A DNA stretch of 64,000 nucleotides from an uncultured Candidatus Babeliaceae bacterium (GTDB lineage: Bacteria; Babelota; Babeliae; Babelales; Babelaceae). The number at the start of each line of letters is the position of its first letter. Position 1 is the stretch's first letter. The stretch lies in the NCBI GenBank assembly GCA_963704655.1, contig OY969927.1:448001-512000 (forward strand), in the 5' to 3' direction. Of this stretch, positions 1 to 9,120 are shown piece by piece. The notes under the pieces were generated by a model that saw only the letters and a list, made by a program, of their open reading frames with translations, did no database searches and was not told the origin of the DNA. A program made the translations under genes and the position numbers.

Positions 1-1174
1 TACCCATGCAACACCCATAACGCCTTCAGATATAGAACAAAGCCCCTGCTTTCCCGTGACGCCTGCACCATCACCAGCGGCACCGGCACAAACTGCACCA
101 AATGCACAGGCATATTTTTCTGGTAATGTTATTACCGGCGATATTTTACGACCACTTGCCTATAATAAAATAAATTGGTGCCCGTTAAAACGAACAGACC
201 TTGCAGAACTTATTGTACGGCTTGGCCGAAACTTAATCTGCAACGACCGTACCTTTTTAAGTGTTTTTGTTCGTGCCAGCTTTCAAACCGGGAACAAGCC
301 GCGCCCAGAATATCTTTTTTCTCCTATAGTTGGCAACGGACAATTTTTTGAACTTGGATTAGGGACACAAGGGCAATATCGTTTTACTCATCTTGATAAC
401 CCAACCAACGTGACCTTATTATGGGACGGTTCATTTGAACATCTCTTTCAAACAAAGCAGTTACGCACCTTCGATCTTTGTCAGCAGGGACCATTGAGCA
501 GATATTTGCTTTTAAAACGGATTGATAAAGCAGCACTTACATATGCAGATGAACTTATAGAGGCTTCATACGTTACTACGTTTCCTGTTTTAGTCAGTCG
601 TGCAATACAGGGTGATATTGATCTTAAACTCTCTATTGAACACAGGGGCTTTACACAAACATTTGGCTATGCACTTTGGGGGACAACGGCTGAAGATATC
701 TGCCCACAATATGATCAACCAACATGCCCAACAGGCGGCAACAAGTATGGTATCAAAGGAACAAGTGGTGCGTATAACTATGTAACGTATATCACTACAG
801 CAACCATACTCGAGGGCCTTAACGCAACAGAAAATAGTTCAACTATATTTACAGCTGGTGCAATTGACAACCCAGTACCATTGCCAGACACAACCACCTA
901 CGATAATGTCTTGAATGGGCAAGTTATTGACCCTTTAATTGTTGCTATTGCATCAAATTCACCACTTGTTATTGGATGTGGATCATTAAATATAGATTCT
1001 GCACGATCACCCGCGCAACTGACACATGCGTTCCTAGCAGAAACCGGATACACATGGCAAGGTTTTCATACACAACCGGCAATTTTAGTAGGCGCATCAA
1101 TAGAAACCGCTACCAATAACCCTGCAGAGCTACACCAGTGGAGCGTATGGCTAAAAGGCTCAGTTGCATGGTAA
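1..1174 (+). CDS. Putative outer-membrane protein, paralog 1 of tandem array (5' truncated by window edge)
   Basis: Frame is open from nt 2. Shares motifs with downstream paralogs (PIVGNG..ELG.G, LRTFDL, RYLLLK, QW.V...G.V.W) and ends in an aromatic residue. Confidence 0.7.
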   Translation, partial: THATPITPSDIEQSPCFPVTPAPSPAAPAQTAPNAQAYFSGNVITGDILRPLAYNKINWCPLKRTDLAELIVRLGRNLICNDRTFLSVFVRASFQTGNKPRPEYLFSPIVGNGQFFELGLGTQGQYRFTHLDNPTNVTLLWDGSFEHLFQTKQLRTFDLCQQGPLSRYLLLKRIDKAALTYADELIEASYVTTFPVLVSRAIQGDIDLKLSIEHRGFTQTFGYALWGTTAEDICPQYDQPTCPTGGNKYGIKGTSGAYNYVTYITTATILEGLNATENSSTIFTAGAIDNPVPLPDTTTYDNVLNGQVIDPLIVAIASNSPLVIGCGSLNIDSARSPAQLTHAFLAETGYTWQGFHTQPAILVGASIETATNNPAELHQWSVWLKGSVAW

Positions 1175-1488
1175 GAAAAAGTATGGGTACAAAAGGCTTT
1201 TTTAATTTAAAAATGACATATGATTGATCAAATCTTGCATATTTTGATTCTTTTGACTAGATTTAACATCGATAATGAAGATCAGCTTTAGCCTAAGAAA
1301 TAAAAATTTAGAAAAAGGAAAGGAGGCATTCAGTAATCATCCCTTATTCCACCAAGTTCTACTTATGCAACGTCTTGACGACGTTGATTGTATGAGGCTT
1401 TAGGTGCCTAATACCGTGAGTTTTAATCTCACAACGTGTATTACACGTACTTTTTTTTGGTTGTTATCTTTTTAAAAGGAGTACTTTG

Positions 1489-3627
1489 ATGAAACAACTT
1501 TCGCGAATATTTTTAACCCTGGCACTTTTGGTGCCTGCTGTTGCTCTTGCAGACAACTGTAATAGTTGCGCAACAACAACAAACAATTGCAACACCAGTT
1601 GCAATACCAGCTGTAACAACTCTTGCAATACAACATGTAATAACAGCTGCGATAACAGCTGTAACCAATCATGCTGTTTCAATTCATGCACCACAAGTGT
1701 ATGTAACACAAGCTGTGAAAGTAGCTGCTACTGCCCTACTGTGTTCATTAAACGTCCAACATACGATAACACTGTTATCGCTTACGGACTAGAATATCAA
1801 CACCGTTATGACATGGACCAAGTATACGGCGGCATCCAATTGGCTTTCGAATACCAACGTTCATTCAACGGAGCTAACCTTGCACGCGGAATGTTTGGTA
1901 GCAATGTGTTAAACTTTGCCGGTAGCCAAGTAGCTAATCCAGCTGCAAACTCATTGTTAGCTGACAACTTTGGTCTTTCACAAGACTTCCAAGGAAGCAT
2001 TGCTCTTAAACCGCTCATCCAAGATTTCAACCTCCATTTCGATTGGTTCGTTGGACTTGATGAATGGGCACCAGGGCTTTATCTGCAACTTGATATGAAC
2101 TTTGATTATCAAAAACGTCAATTACAATATGATTGCGCATGCACTTCAGTTACCACAACAGGCGCTCCATTCCCTGCTGGTTACATGAACGCATCAACAT
2201 CTGTTGTAGCACCTATTACAGATATCCCAACAGCACTTGGTTTACAAAGTACATTTGGTGACAAGAAATCTGCAGGAACCTTTGGTCGTTTTGATTTCTG
2301 TGACAGAACAGAAAGCGGACTTGCTGGTCTTTCTTTAAACCTTGGTTATGATTTTGTACGTTGTGATGACTACTTCTTGGGAGCATTCTTCCGTGTTGTA
2401 GCTCCAACAGGTAGCAGCGTAAAACCTTGCTACGTCTTTGATGCTATTGTCGGTAACGGCAAGGGCTGGGAAGTCGGTGCCGGTATTTCTAGCCGTTGGG
2501 AAATGTGGAACAACAATGATTGTCAAAAACTTACCGCAATGCTTGATGGTTATGTAACATCAGTATTAAAACACCATTCATTACGCACCTTTGACCTTGC
2601 ATCTACAAACACTGCACTTGCTGTAGATTATACCTGTGTTAATAGCTGCAATAACAGCTGTAACAATAGCTGTAACACAAGCTGTAACAATTCTTGCAAC
2701 ACTGGCTGTTCTGTTAATAGCTGCAATACTGGCTGCAGTATGTCTAGCTGTAACACTGGCTGTTCAACAAGCTGCAACAACAGCTGTAACAATTCTTGCA
2801 ACTCATGCAATGCTCAAAACTGCTTAACACGTTACAACTTATTGAAACAATACAGCGTCAACAACGGTGTTTATACATACGCAAACAACCTCATTACTGC
2901 TGCTGATTTCACCACACGTAATGTTGAAGTACGCACCCCAGTTAAAGGTGATGCTACTTTACGTTTAGTGTATACACATGGCGGATTTGACCTTGGATTT
3001 GGTTACAACGTCTTTGGTATGGTTCGTGAAAAAATCTCATCTGTTGGTGGCGCAAGCAGCTGCTTGTTCACAGTAACAGGTACACAATTTGCGGTTAAAG
3101 GTTGCCAAGGTGTAGCGTATAATAGCTATGCTGTTACCAGCGGCTTAATAGATGCTGGCGCTCCATTTACATCAGAACCATTGATCAACTCTTCTAGCAA
3201 ATCAACAGCATATGTTTCAGGAAGCTGTGGATCTGCATGTGTTACACCTGATTATCCAGTTACTATTGGAAGCACAGTTGATGCATTTAATGTAGCCTAT
3301 AATAGTAATGCCAACAATTCACAAATTGTAGGTGGTGCTTCAGTAGCAGACTTAGAAGCTGCTGCAAACTTTGTTGCTCCACAAGCATCTTTAGTTGGTT
3401 CAACACAGAAACTTGTAACATTACAAGGCGATGTTAATGAATTGGATCTTTGCTCAGGCACAGCTCCACGTCAATTCAGCAACAAAGGTTTCGTGTCGTT
3501 GGATTACACATGGGTTGATAACGATTGGGCTCCATACTTAGGCTTCATCGCTGAAGTTGAAGGTGGCTCACGCAACCTCGATCTCGCTCAATGGGGTATT
3601 GTGATAAGAGGCGGAGTCTCTTACTAA
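1489..3627 (+). CDS. Cys/Asn-repeat putative outer-membrane protein, paralog 2
   Basis: AGGAG RBS before ATG 1489; signal peptide; two (CNNS/CNTS)n tracts; alternating beta-strand pattern; C-terminus QWGIVIRGGVSY. Confidence 0.8.
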   Translation: MKQLSRIFLTLALLVPAVALADNCNSCATTTNNCNTSCNTSCNNSCNTTCNNSCDNSCNQSCCFNSCTTSVCNTSCESSCYCPTVFIKRPTYDNTVIAYGLEYQHRYDMDQVYGGIQLAFEYQRSFNGANLARGMFGSNVLNFAGSQVANPAANSLLADNFGLSQDFQGSIALKPLIQDFNLHFDWFVGLDEWAPGLYLQLDMNFDYQKRQLQYDCACTSVTTTGAPFPAGYMNASTSVVAPITDIPTALGLQSTFGDKKSAGTFGRFDFCDRTESGLAGLSLNLGYDFVRCDDYFLGAFFRVVAPTGSSVKPCYVFDAIVGNGKGWEVGAGISSRWEMWNNNDCQKLTAMLDGYVTSVLKHHSLRTFDLASTNTALAVDYTCVNSCNNSCNNSCNTSCNNSCNTGCSVNSCNTGCSMSSCNTGCSTSCNNSCNNSCNSCNAQNCLTRYNLLKQYSVNNGVYTYANNLITAADFTTRNVEVRTPVKGDATLRLVYTHGGFDLGFGYNVFGMVREKISSVGGASSCLFTVTGTQFAVKGCQGVAYNSYAVTSGLIDAGAPFTSEPLINSSSKSTAYVSGSCGSACVTPDYPVTIGSTVDAFNVAYNSNANNSQIVGGASVADLEAAANFVAPQASLVGSTQKLVTLQGDVNELDLCSGTAPRQFSNKGFVSLDYTWVDNDWAPYLGFIAEVEGGSRNLDLAQWGIVIRGGVSY

Positions 3628-3694
3628 AGACACCATAAGCGTAAGCGTTTAATTTTTTTAAACGTTGATCGCATTAAAAACTCGAACTAACACT

Positions 3695-3732
3695 AAAAGG
3701 GAGGCGGAATTATCCGCCTCCCTTTTTTTTTT
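3695..3732 (+). terminator. Rho-independent terminator
   Basis: AAAAGGGAGGCGGA-atta-TCCGCCTCCCTTTT followed by a T-tract. Confidence 0.85.
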
Positions 3733-3756
3733 ATTAACTTTCGATCTATAATCACA

Positions 3757-3864
3757 AACGAGTAGTCACCATATATCGGCATAATTGCTGAAGTTGAAGG
3801 TGGCACACGTAACACTAATGTTGCGCAATGGGGTCTTGTAGTATGAGGCGGAGTCTCTTACTAA
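3757..3864 (+). pseudogene. Orphan 3'-terminal fragment (36 codons) of the OMP family
   Basis: Aligns to 6121-6228: NE*SPYIGIIAEVEGGTRNTNVAQWGLVV*GGVSY with two in-frame stops, followed by its own terminator copy. Confidence 0.85.
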
Positions 3865-3890
3865 CAAACTTTTAAATTCGAACACAGAAT

Positions 3891-3930
3891 AAAAAAGGAG
3901 CGGCGAAATTATCTGCTGCTCTTTTTTTTT
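3891..3930 (+). terminator. Degenerate copy of the OMP terminator
   Basis: Imperfect hairpin GGAGCGGCGAA...TCTGCTGCTC plus T-tract. The downstream ttattaactttcg.tctataatcacaaac repeats 3731-3759. Confidence 0.6.
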
Positions 3931-4068
3931 ATTAACTTTCGTTCTATAATCACAAACAAAAGAAAGGAGGCCTTGCATAATTCACCTCACTTAAATTAAA
4001 ATTCTATGTAGCGCGTCACAAGGACGTTAATGTTATTAGTTGTTAACTACTTAAAAGGAGTATCTTTA

Positions 4069-6228
4069 ATGAAGCAACTTTCCCGAATATTTTTATCACT
4101 TGCACTTTTGGTGCCAGCACTTGCTGTTGCAGACAACTGCAACTCAACAAGCAGCTGTGCTACCGTTTGCAATAACACTACGTGTAACAACAGTTGCAAT
4201 AATAGCTGCACAAACAAAGTAAGTTGCAATGTTAGCAGTTGTGAAAACAGCTGTAACCAATCATGCTGCTTTAATTCATGCGCAACAAGCGTATGTAACA
4301 CCAGCTGTGACAATGTCTGCGGATGCCCAACACTGCTGATAAAACGGCCAACCTACGATAATACCGTTATTTACTACGGCCTTGATTACCAACACCAATA
4401 TGACAAATGCGAATTTTACGGCGGGTTCCAAGTAGCGTTTGAATATCAACGTTCATTTAACCCAAACAACCTTGCACGTGGCATGTTTGGTAGCACCGTA
4501 TTAAACTTTGCAGGTAGCCAAGTAGCTAACCCTACTCCAAACTCATTGCTTGCAGACAACTTTGGTCTTCCAACAAACTTTGTCGGCAGCATCGCCCTTA
4601 AACCAGTTATTTCAGATTTCAATATGCATTTAGACTGGTTCTTTGGATTTGATAAATGGGCACCGGGCCTTTTCATGCAAGTTGATATGAACTACGATTA
4701 TCAAACACGCGAATTGACCTCAGAATGCGCTTGTGAATTTAACTACACAACAAGCACCGTTTTATTCCCTGCTGGTTATATGAACGCAACAACTACACCG
4801 GTGTACCCAATTTTAGACCTTCAAACCGCACTCGGTTTACAAGGTACTTTTGGTGACAAAAACAGCGCATCACAATACGGACGTTTTGACTTTGGCAATA
4901 GAACAAAAAGCGGACTCGCTGGTCTTTCTATAAACCTTGGTTATGATTTTGTACGTCTTGAAGATTACTTCTTGGGCGCATTCTTCCGTGTGGTTGCTCC
5001 AACAGGAAGCAAAGTACAACCATGCTATGTCTTTGATGCTCTTGTCGGTAACGGCAGAGGTTGGGAAGTCGGTGCCGGTCTTTCTAGCCGTTGGGAAATG
5101 TGGAACAACAACGACTGTCAAAAACTCACCGCAATGCTTGATGGTTATGTAACGTCGGTATTAAAACACCATTCATTACGCACATTTGACCTTGCAACTA
5201 CCAACACTGCACTAAGACGTGATTACACCTGTGCAAATAATTGCAGCAATAGCTGTAATAACAGCTGTAACACAAACTGCAACAATAGTTGTAATAATAG
5301 CTGTAACAATTCTTGCAATACTGGCTGTTCTGTTTCTAGCTGTAACACTGCTTGCAGCGTTGCTAGCTGTAACACTGGTTGCAACAGCAATAACAGCTGT
5401 AACAATGATTGCAATGGCTGCAATGCTCAAAACTGCTTAACACGTTATTCATTATTGAAAGAATTTAGCCTCAATAATGGCGTGTACTCATATGCAAACA
5501 ACCTTATCACAGCTGCTGATTTCACTACACGTAATGTTGAAGTTCGTACACCGGTTAAAGGTGACGCTACAATACGTTTAGTCTATTCACATGGTGGATT
5601 TGACCTTGGATTTGGTTACAACGTCTTTGGTATGGTTCGTGAAAAAATCTCATCGGTAAGCGCACCTAGCAGCTGCATATTCACGACAACCAACTCTGTA
5701 TTTGGTATTAAAGGCTGCAATTGCGTTGCATATAATCAATATGTTGCTGATATTGACCACATAATCACATCAACCCCAGTCTCTTCTATACCATTACAAA
5801 GCACCGCAAGTTTAGCAACTGCTTATGTTTCTGGTAGTTGTGGTAATGCCTGTGTCACTGCAGATAATGCGGTTACGATACCAACATATGTCGAAATTCC
5901 TTCAACCAGCTATCTATACTACAATGCAGCATGCACAAGTGCAGTTCTTGCAGAAGGCACAAGTGTTGAAACCCTACCAGCAGATTATGTTCAACCTACA
6001 AACTCATCAACACCGGTGGTATTAAGTGGCACACCTAATGACTTAGATCTTTGTTCAGGAACAGCTCCACGCCAATTCACCAACAAAGGCTTTATCACTC
6101 TGGATTACGCATGGGTTGATAACGAATGGTCACCATATATCGGCGTTATCGCTGAAGTTGAAGGCGGCATACGCAACACAGATATCGCTCAATGGGGCGT
6201 AGTAATTAGAGGCGGAGTCTCTTACTAA
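4069..6228 (+). CDS. Cys/Asn-repeat putative outer-membrane protein, paralog 3
   Basis: AAGGAG RBS before ATG 4069; highly similar to 1489-3627; CNNS tracts; ends QWGVVIRGGVSY. Confidence 0.8.
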   Translation: MKQLSRIFLSLALLVPALAVADNCNSTSSCATVCNNTTCNNSCNNSCTNKVSCNVSSCENSCNQSCCFNSCATSVCNTSCDNVCGCPTLLIKRPTYDNTVIYYGLDYQHQYDKCEFYGGFQVAFEYQRSFNPNNLARGMFGSTVLNFAGSQVANPTPNSLLADNFGLPTNFVGSIALKPVISDFNMHLDWFFGFDKWAPGLFMQVDMNYDYQTRELTSECACEFNYTTSTVLFPAGYMNATTTPVYPILDLQTALGLQGTFGDKNSASQYGRFDFGNRTKSGLAGLSINLGYDFVRLEDYFLGAFFRVVAPTGSKVQPCYVFDALVGNGRGWEVGAGLSSRWEMWNNNDCQKLTAMLDGYVTSVLKHHSLRTFDLATTNTALRRDYTCANNCSNSCNNSCNTNCNNSCNNSCNNSCNTGCSVSSCNTACSVASCNTGCNSNNSCNNDCNGCNAQNCLTRYSLLKEFSLNNGVYSYANNLITAADFTTRNVEVRTPVKGDATIRLVYSHGGFDLGFGYNVFGMVREKISSVSAPSSCIFTTTNSVFGIKGCNCVAYNQYVADIDHIITSTPVSSIPLQSTASLATAYVSGSCGNACVTADNAVTIPTYVEIPSTSYLYYNAACTSAVLAEGTSVETLPADYVQPTNSSTPVVLSGTPNDLDLCSGTAPRQFTNKGFITLDYAWVDNEWSPYIGVIAEVEGGIRNTDIAQWGVVIRGGVSY

Positions 6229-6260
6229 GCTAGTAATAGTTTGTATATCGAATTAACACT

Positions 6261-6292
6261 AAAAGAGAGGCGGAAAATTCCGCCTCTCTTTT
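6261..6292 (+). terminator. Rho-independent terminator
   Basis: AAAAGAGAGGCGGAA-aa-TTCCGCCTCTCTTTTT hairpin. Confidence 0.8.
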
Positions 6293-6357
6293 TAGATTCT
6301 ATTCATCCCCATCATAAACATGCTAGTATAATTTTAGCACAATGTAAGGGGAGAGTT

Positions 6358-8328
6358 ATGAAAAAAATTTTATATCTATGTATGAGTGTATCAACAACAC
6401 TACTCAGTAATAGTTGCTCAACAAGCACGAGTAATCTTTCACCGTGCTTTAATTTATGCATGCCAAAAGTGTGTACCCAAAATTGCAACCCCTGCTTTGG
6501 ATCAACCGTTTTAATTAAGCGACCAACTTATGATAATACTATGATTTATTACGGTCAAAAATATGCACATCACTATGATGCTGACCATGCCTATGGCGGT
6601 ATTATGTTTGCGTTAGAATATCAGCGTTCATTTAATAGCGGTAAACTTGCACGCGGAATGTTTGGAACTGAAACACTCTTTTTTGCTGGAAGTCAGGCCC
6701 CAAACCCACTACCAAATAGTCTTCTTGCAGATAACTTCGGCCTTTCACAAGATTTCCAAGGCGCTCTTGAGCTTAACCCCGTTATACAAGATGTTAATCT
6801 TCACTTCGATTGGTTTGTGCAAACTAAAAGAGGCTTTTATCTGCAACTTGATATGAACTTCACCAGCGAAAGTCGAAATTTACATGCACAGTATCTATGC
6901 AATAGTATACTCAGCACAACGGCACTCTTTCCTGCTGGTTACATGGCAGCATCTGCAACAGCGCCTATTACAGATCTTAAAACGGCACTCATGCTTCAGG
7001 AACCATTTGGTGACAAAAAAAGTGGAACAACATATGGCCGTTTTGATTTTTGCAACAGAACAAAAAATGGTATTGCAGGCCTTTCATTAAATATCGGGTA
7101 TGATGCCTTACGTTGCACAAATTATATTTTTGGAGGCTTTCTTCGTGTTGTTGCACCAACAGGAACCGCGGTAAACCCTCGGTATGTATTTGATCCGATA
7201 ATTGGAAATGGTAAAGGCTGGGAACTGGGGATAGGTATTGATGGTCGTTGGCACTTGTGGGATAAAGGTGATGATCAACAATTAACGCTTATGCTTGATG
7301 GCTATGTCACCACGGTCTTACCGCACCATTCACTCCGAACATTTGACCTACGCTCAACTAATAGTTTACTTAATTTTAATTGTAGCCAAAGTTGTTCGTC
7401 AGTGGCGCCCTGCCCCGTTAATGTTAATTTCGAATATTTAAACAGTTGCCCATCAATGAATGATTCAGGTATTCAAGGGCCCTATGTTAGTAGCGGCATG
7501 AGCTGCGATATCGATAGCGCACGAAACTTTTTTACACGATATCTGCTTCTTAAAGAGTTTACTCTTTCAAATGGTATATACAGCTACGCCAATAATCTTA
7601 TTACTGCATCAGATTTTACCACACGTAATGTACGGGTAAGCGTTCCTGCAAAAGGTGATGCGACCCTGCGCGTTGTATATACGCATAAAGGTTTTGATGC
7701 GGCACTTGGATATAATATTTTTGGTATGATGCGCGAAAGAATATCACGCGTTTCTGCACCAAATGATTGCTTATTTATGGATCCAAGCAATGTCTATGCC
7801 GTTAAAGGCTGCCAAGGTGTTGCCTATAATAGTTATACCTACGGCACTATAACAGCTGGTGCTATCGACCCGTTAAGTACAACAAATCCAACATCGGTGC
7901 CATTAGTTAACTCTGCCAACTTTTCTACGGCCTACACAATTGGCGGCTGCGGCCCTGTTGATAATGCATTTGATGTAGGCAACACGCCTATGTTATATAA
8001 TGCTACCTGGGACAGCAATGACAATAACTCTTATATCGTCGATGGCGCATTGGTTACCACGCTTGAGCAGTTTCAAATTCTTCCTCAAACTTCTGGCGCG
8101 AATGGCAATCAATTAATGATATTACCAAACGATGCAGGCGCGCTTGACCTGTGTTCAGGAACAGCACCGCAACAAATTGTTCAAAAAGGCTTTTTCTCAT
8201 TAGATTATACCTGGCTCGAACATCGATGGGCACCGTATGTGGGCTTTATGGTTGAAGTTGAAGGGTCCAATTCAGCCGTTGCAGTTAATCAATGGGGCCT
8301 GGTTTTCAGAGGCGGATTCTCTTACTAA
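6358..8328 (+). CDS. Putative outer-membrane protein, paralog 4 (Cys tracts reduced)
   Basis: GGGGAG RBS before ATG 6358; same core (KRPTYDNT, LLADNFGLSQDF, HHSLRTFDL); ends QWGLVFRGGFSY. Confidence 0.8.
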   Translation: MKKILYLCMSVSTTLLSNSCSTSTSNLSPCFNLCMPKVCTQNCNPCFGSTVLIKRPTYDNTMIYYGQKYAHHYDADHAYGGIMFALEYQRSFNSGKLARGMFGTETLFFAGSQAPNPLPNSLLADNFGLSQDFQGALELNPVIQDVNLHFDWFVQTKRGFYLQLDMNFTSESRNLHAQYLCNSILSTTALFPAGYMAASATAPITDLKTALMLQEPFGDKKSGTTYGRFDFCNRTKNGIAGLSLNIGYDALRCTNYIFGGFLRVVAPTGTAVNPRYVFDPIIGNGKGWELGIGIDGRWHLWDKGDDQQLTLMLDGYVTTVLPHHSLRTFDLRSTNSLLNFNCSQSCSSVAPCPVNVNFEYLNSCPSMNDSGIQGPYVSSGMSCDIDSARNFFTRYLLLKEFTLSNGIYSYANNLITASDFTTRNVRVSVPAKGDATLRVVYTHKGFDAALGYNIFGMMRERISRVSAPNDCLFMDPSNVYAVKGCQGVAYNSYTYGTITAGAIDPLSTTNPTSVPLVNSANFSTAYTIGGCGPVDNAFDVGNTPMLYNATWDSNDNNSYIVDGALVTTLEQFQILPQTSGANGNQLMILPNDAGALDLCSGTAPQQIVQKGFFSLDYTWLEHRWAPYVGFMVEVEGSNSAVAVNQWGLVFRGGFSY

Positions 8329-8330
8329 AT

Positions 8331-8362
8331 GGGCGGCGGATTTTTCCGCCGCCCTTCTTTTT
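8331..8362 (+). terminator. Rho-independent terminator
   Basis: GGGCGGCGGA-tttt-TCCGCCGCCC followed by a T-rich tail. Confidence 0.8.
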
Positions 8363-8391
8363 TATCCAAGAATATATATAATTTTAACGTT

Positions 8392-8868
8392 ATGAAAAAG
8401 CAATCACTCATATTAGTCTGTCTTTTTACATTGAGGGTAAACGGCATGATCTCGGAACACTTTTTCTGGGAACTCGTGCATCGTGACTGCTTTACCTTGC
8501 AGAGTGGAACTAACAGGATATCTCAAGGTGAATTACGCCAACGCTTAATAAAACTTGAATCAATGGAAGAGTCACTTGATAGAACGGTTAACATTTTTAA
8601 GATAGGGTTATCAATTTCAGCTTATAGATTTTTTAAGGAACCAGGTTTAATAATCAATATCTGCCAAACGGGGTATGCTGACATTGCATTCAGCACCGCA
8701 CTCGTTGCGGGATACTATCTGTATAGCCGTGATCAAGCATTGAAAGAGGTTAAATCGAATCTATTAGCAGAGCTCAGCAGACTTACGGATGGTCCACCCG
8801 CGGTTCAAATAACAAAAACACTTACGTATTTAAAACAGTTACCAGAAAACCCTTCTAGACAACCGTAA
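8392..8868 (+). CDS. Hypothetical exported/membrane protein
   Basis: MKKQSLILVCLF signal-like start; ORF fills the gap. Confidence 0.6.
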   Translation: MKKQSLILVCLFTLRVNGMISEHFFWELVHRDCFTLQSGTNRISQGELRQRLIKLESMEESLDRTVNIFKIGLSISAYRFFKEPGLIINICQTGYADIAFSTALVAGYYLYSRDQALKEVKSNLLAELSRLTDGPPAVQITKTLTYLKQLPENPSRQP

Positions 8869-9105
8869 TTATTTTACTAACGTAGAAATATATTTAACAA
8901 CGTCACTAACGGTGATTAGTTTTTCTGCCATTTCATCATCGATCTCGATGGTAAAATGATCTTCGAGATTCATCACAATTTCAACCCGGTCAAGTGAATC
9001 AGCGCCAAGCGAATCGAGCGTAGTTTCATCATTAAGAGAATCTACAGGGATAGAAAGCTGTTCTGCAATAATAGTACGTACTTGCTGTGAAACATCATGT
9101 GCCAT
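8869..9105 (-). CDS. acpP: Acyl carrier protein
   Basis: LGADSLDRVEIVM phosphopantetheine motif; acidic, 78 aa. Confidence 0.95.
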   Translation of the reverse strand: MAHDVSQQVRTIIAEQLSIPVDSLNDETTLDSLGADSLDRVEIVMNLEDHFTIEIDDEMAEKLITVSDVVKYISTLVK

Positions 9106-9120
9106 AGATAACCCTTTTAT

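Noticed and set aside
1550-2820. 12-bp periodic repeats as a CRISPR array or DGR variable region
   Set aside because: The repeats are in-frame coding with no unique spacers. No cas genes, reverse transcriptase or adenine-specific template/variable pair is visible.
3844-3846. In-frame TGA at an Arg position as evidence of stop-codon recoding
   Set aside because: The same fragment also has TAG in place of Trp and no start codon, and ruvB and mnmA end normally in TGA. It is a decayed fragment.
4030-4068. Longer N-termini in the ORF track (4030, 6241, 8329, 31566, 38057, 59721)
   Set aside because: RBS position, signal peptides or homologous motifs favour downstream starts (4069, 6358, 8392, 31503, 37985, 59649).
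1464-5440. Short overlapping ORFs with LQLL or IAAITAV repeats
   Set aside because: They are alternative-frame and antisense shadows of the CNNS-coding tracts.
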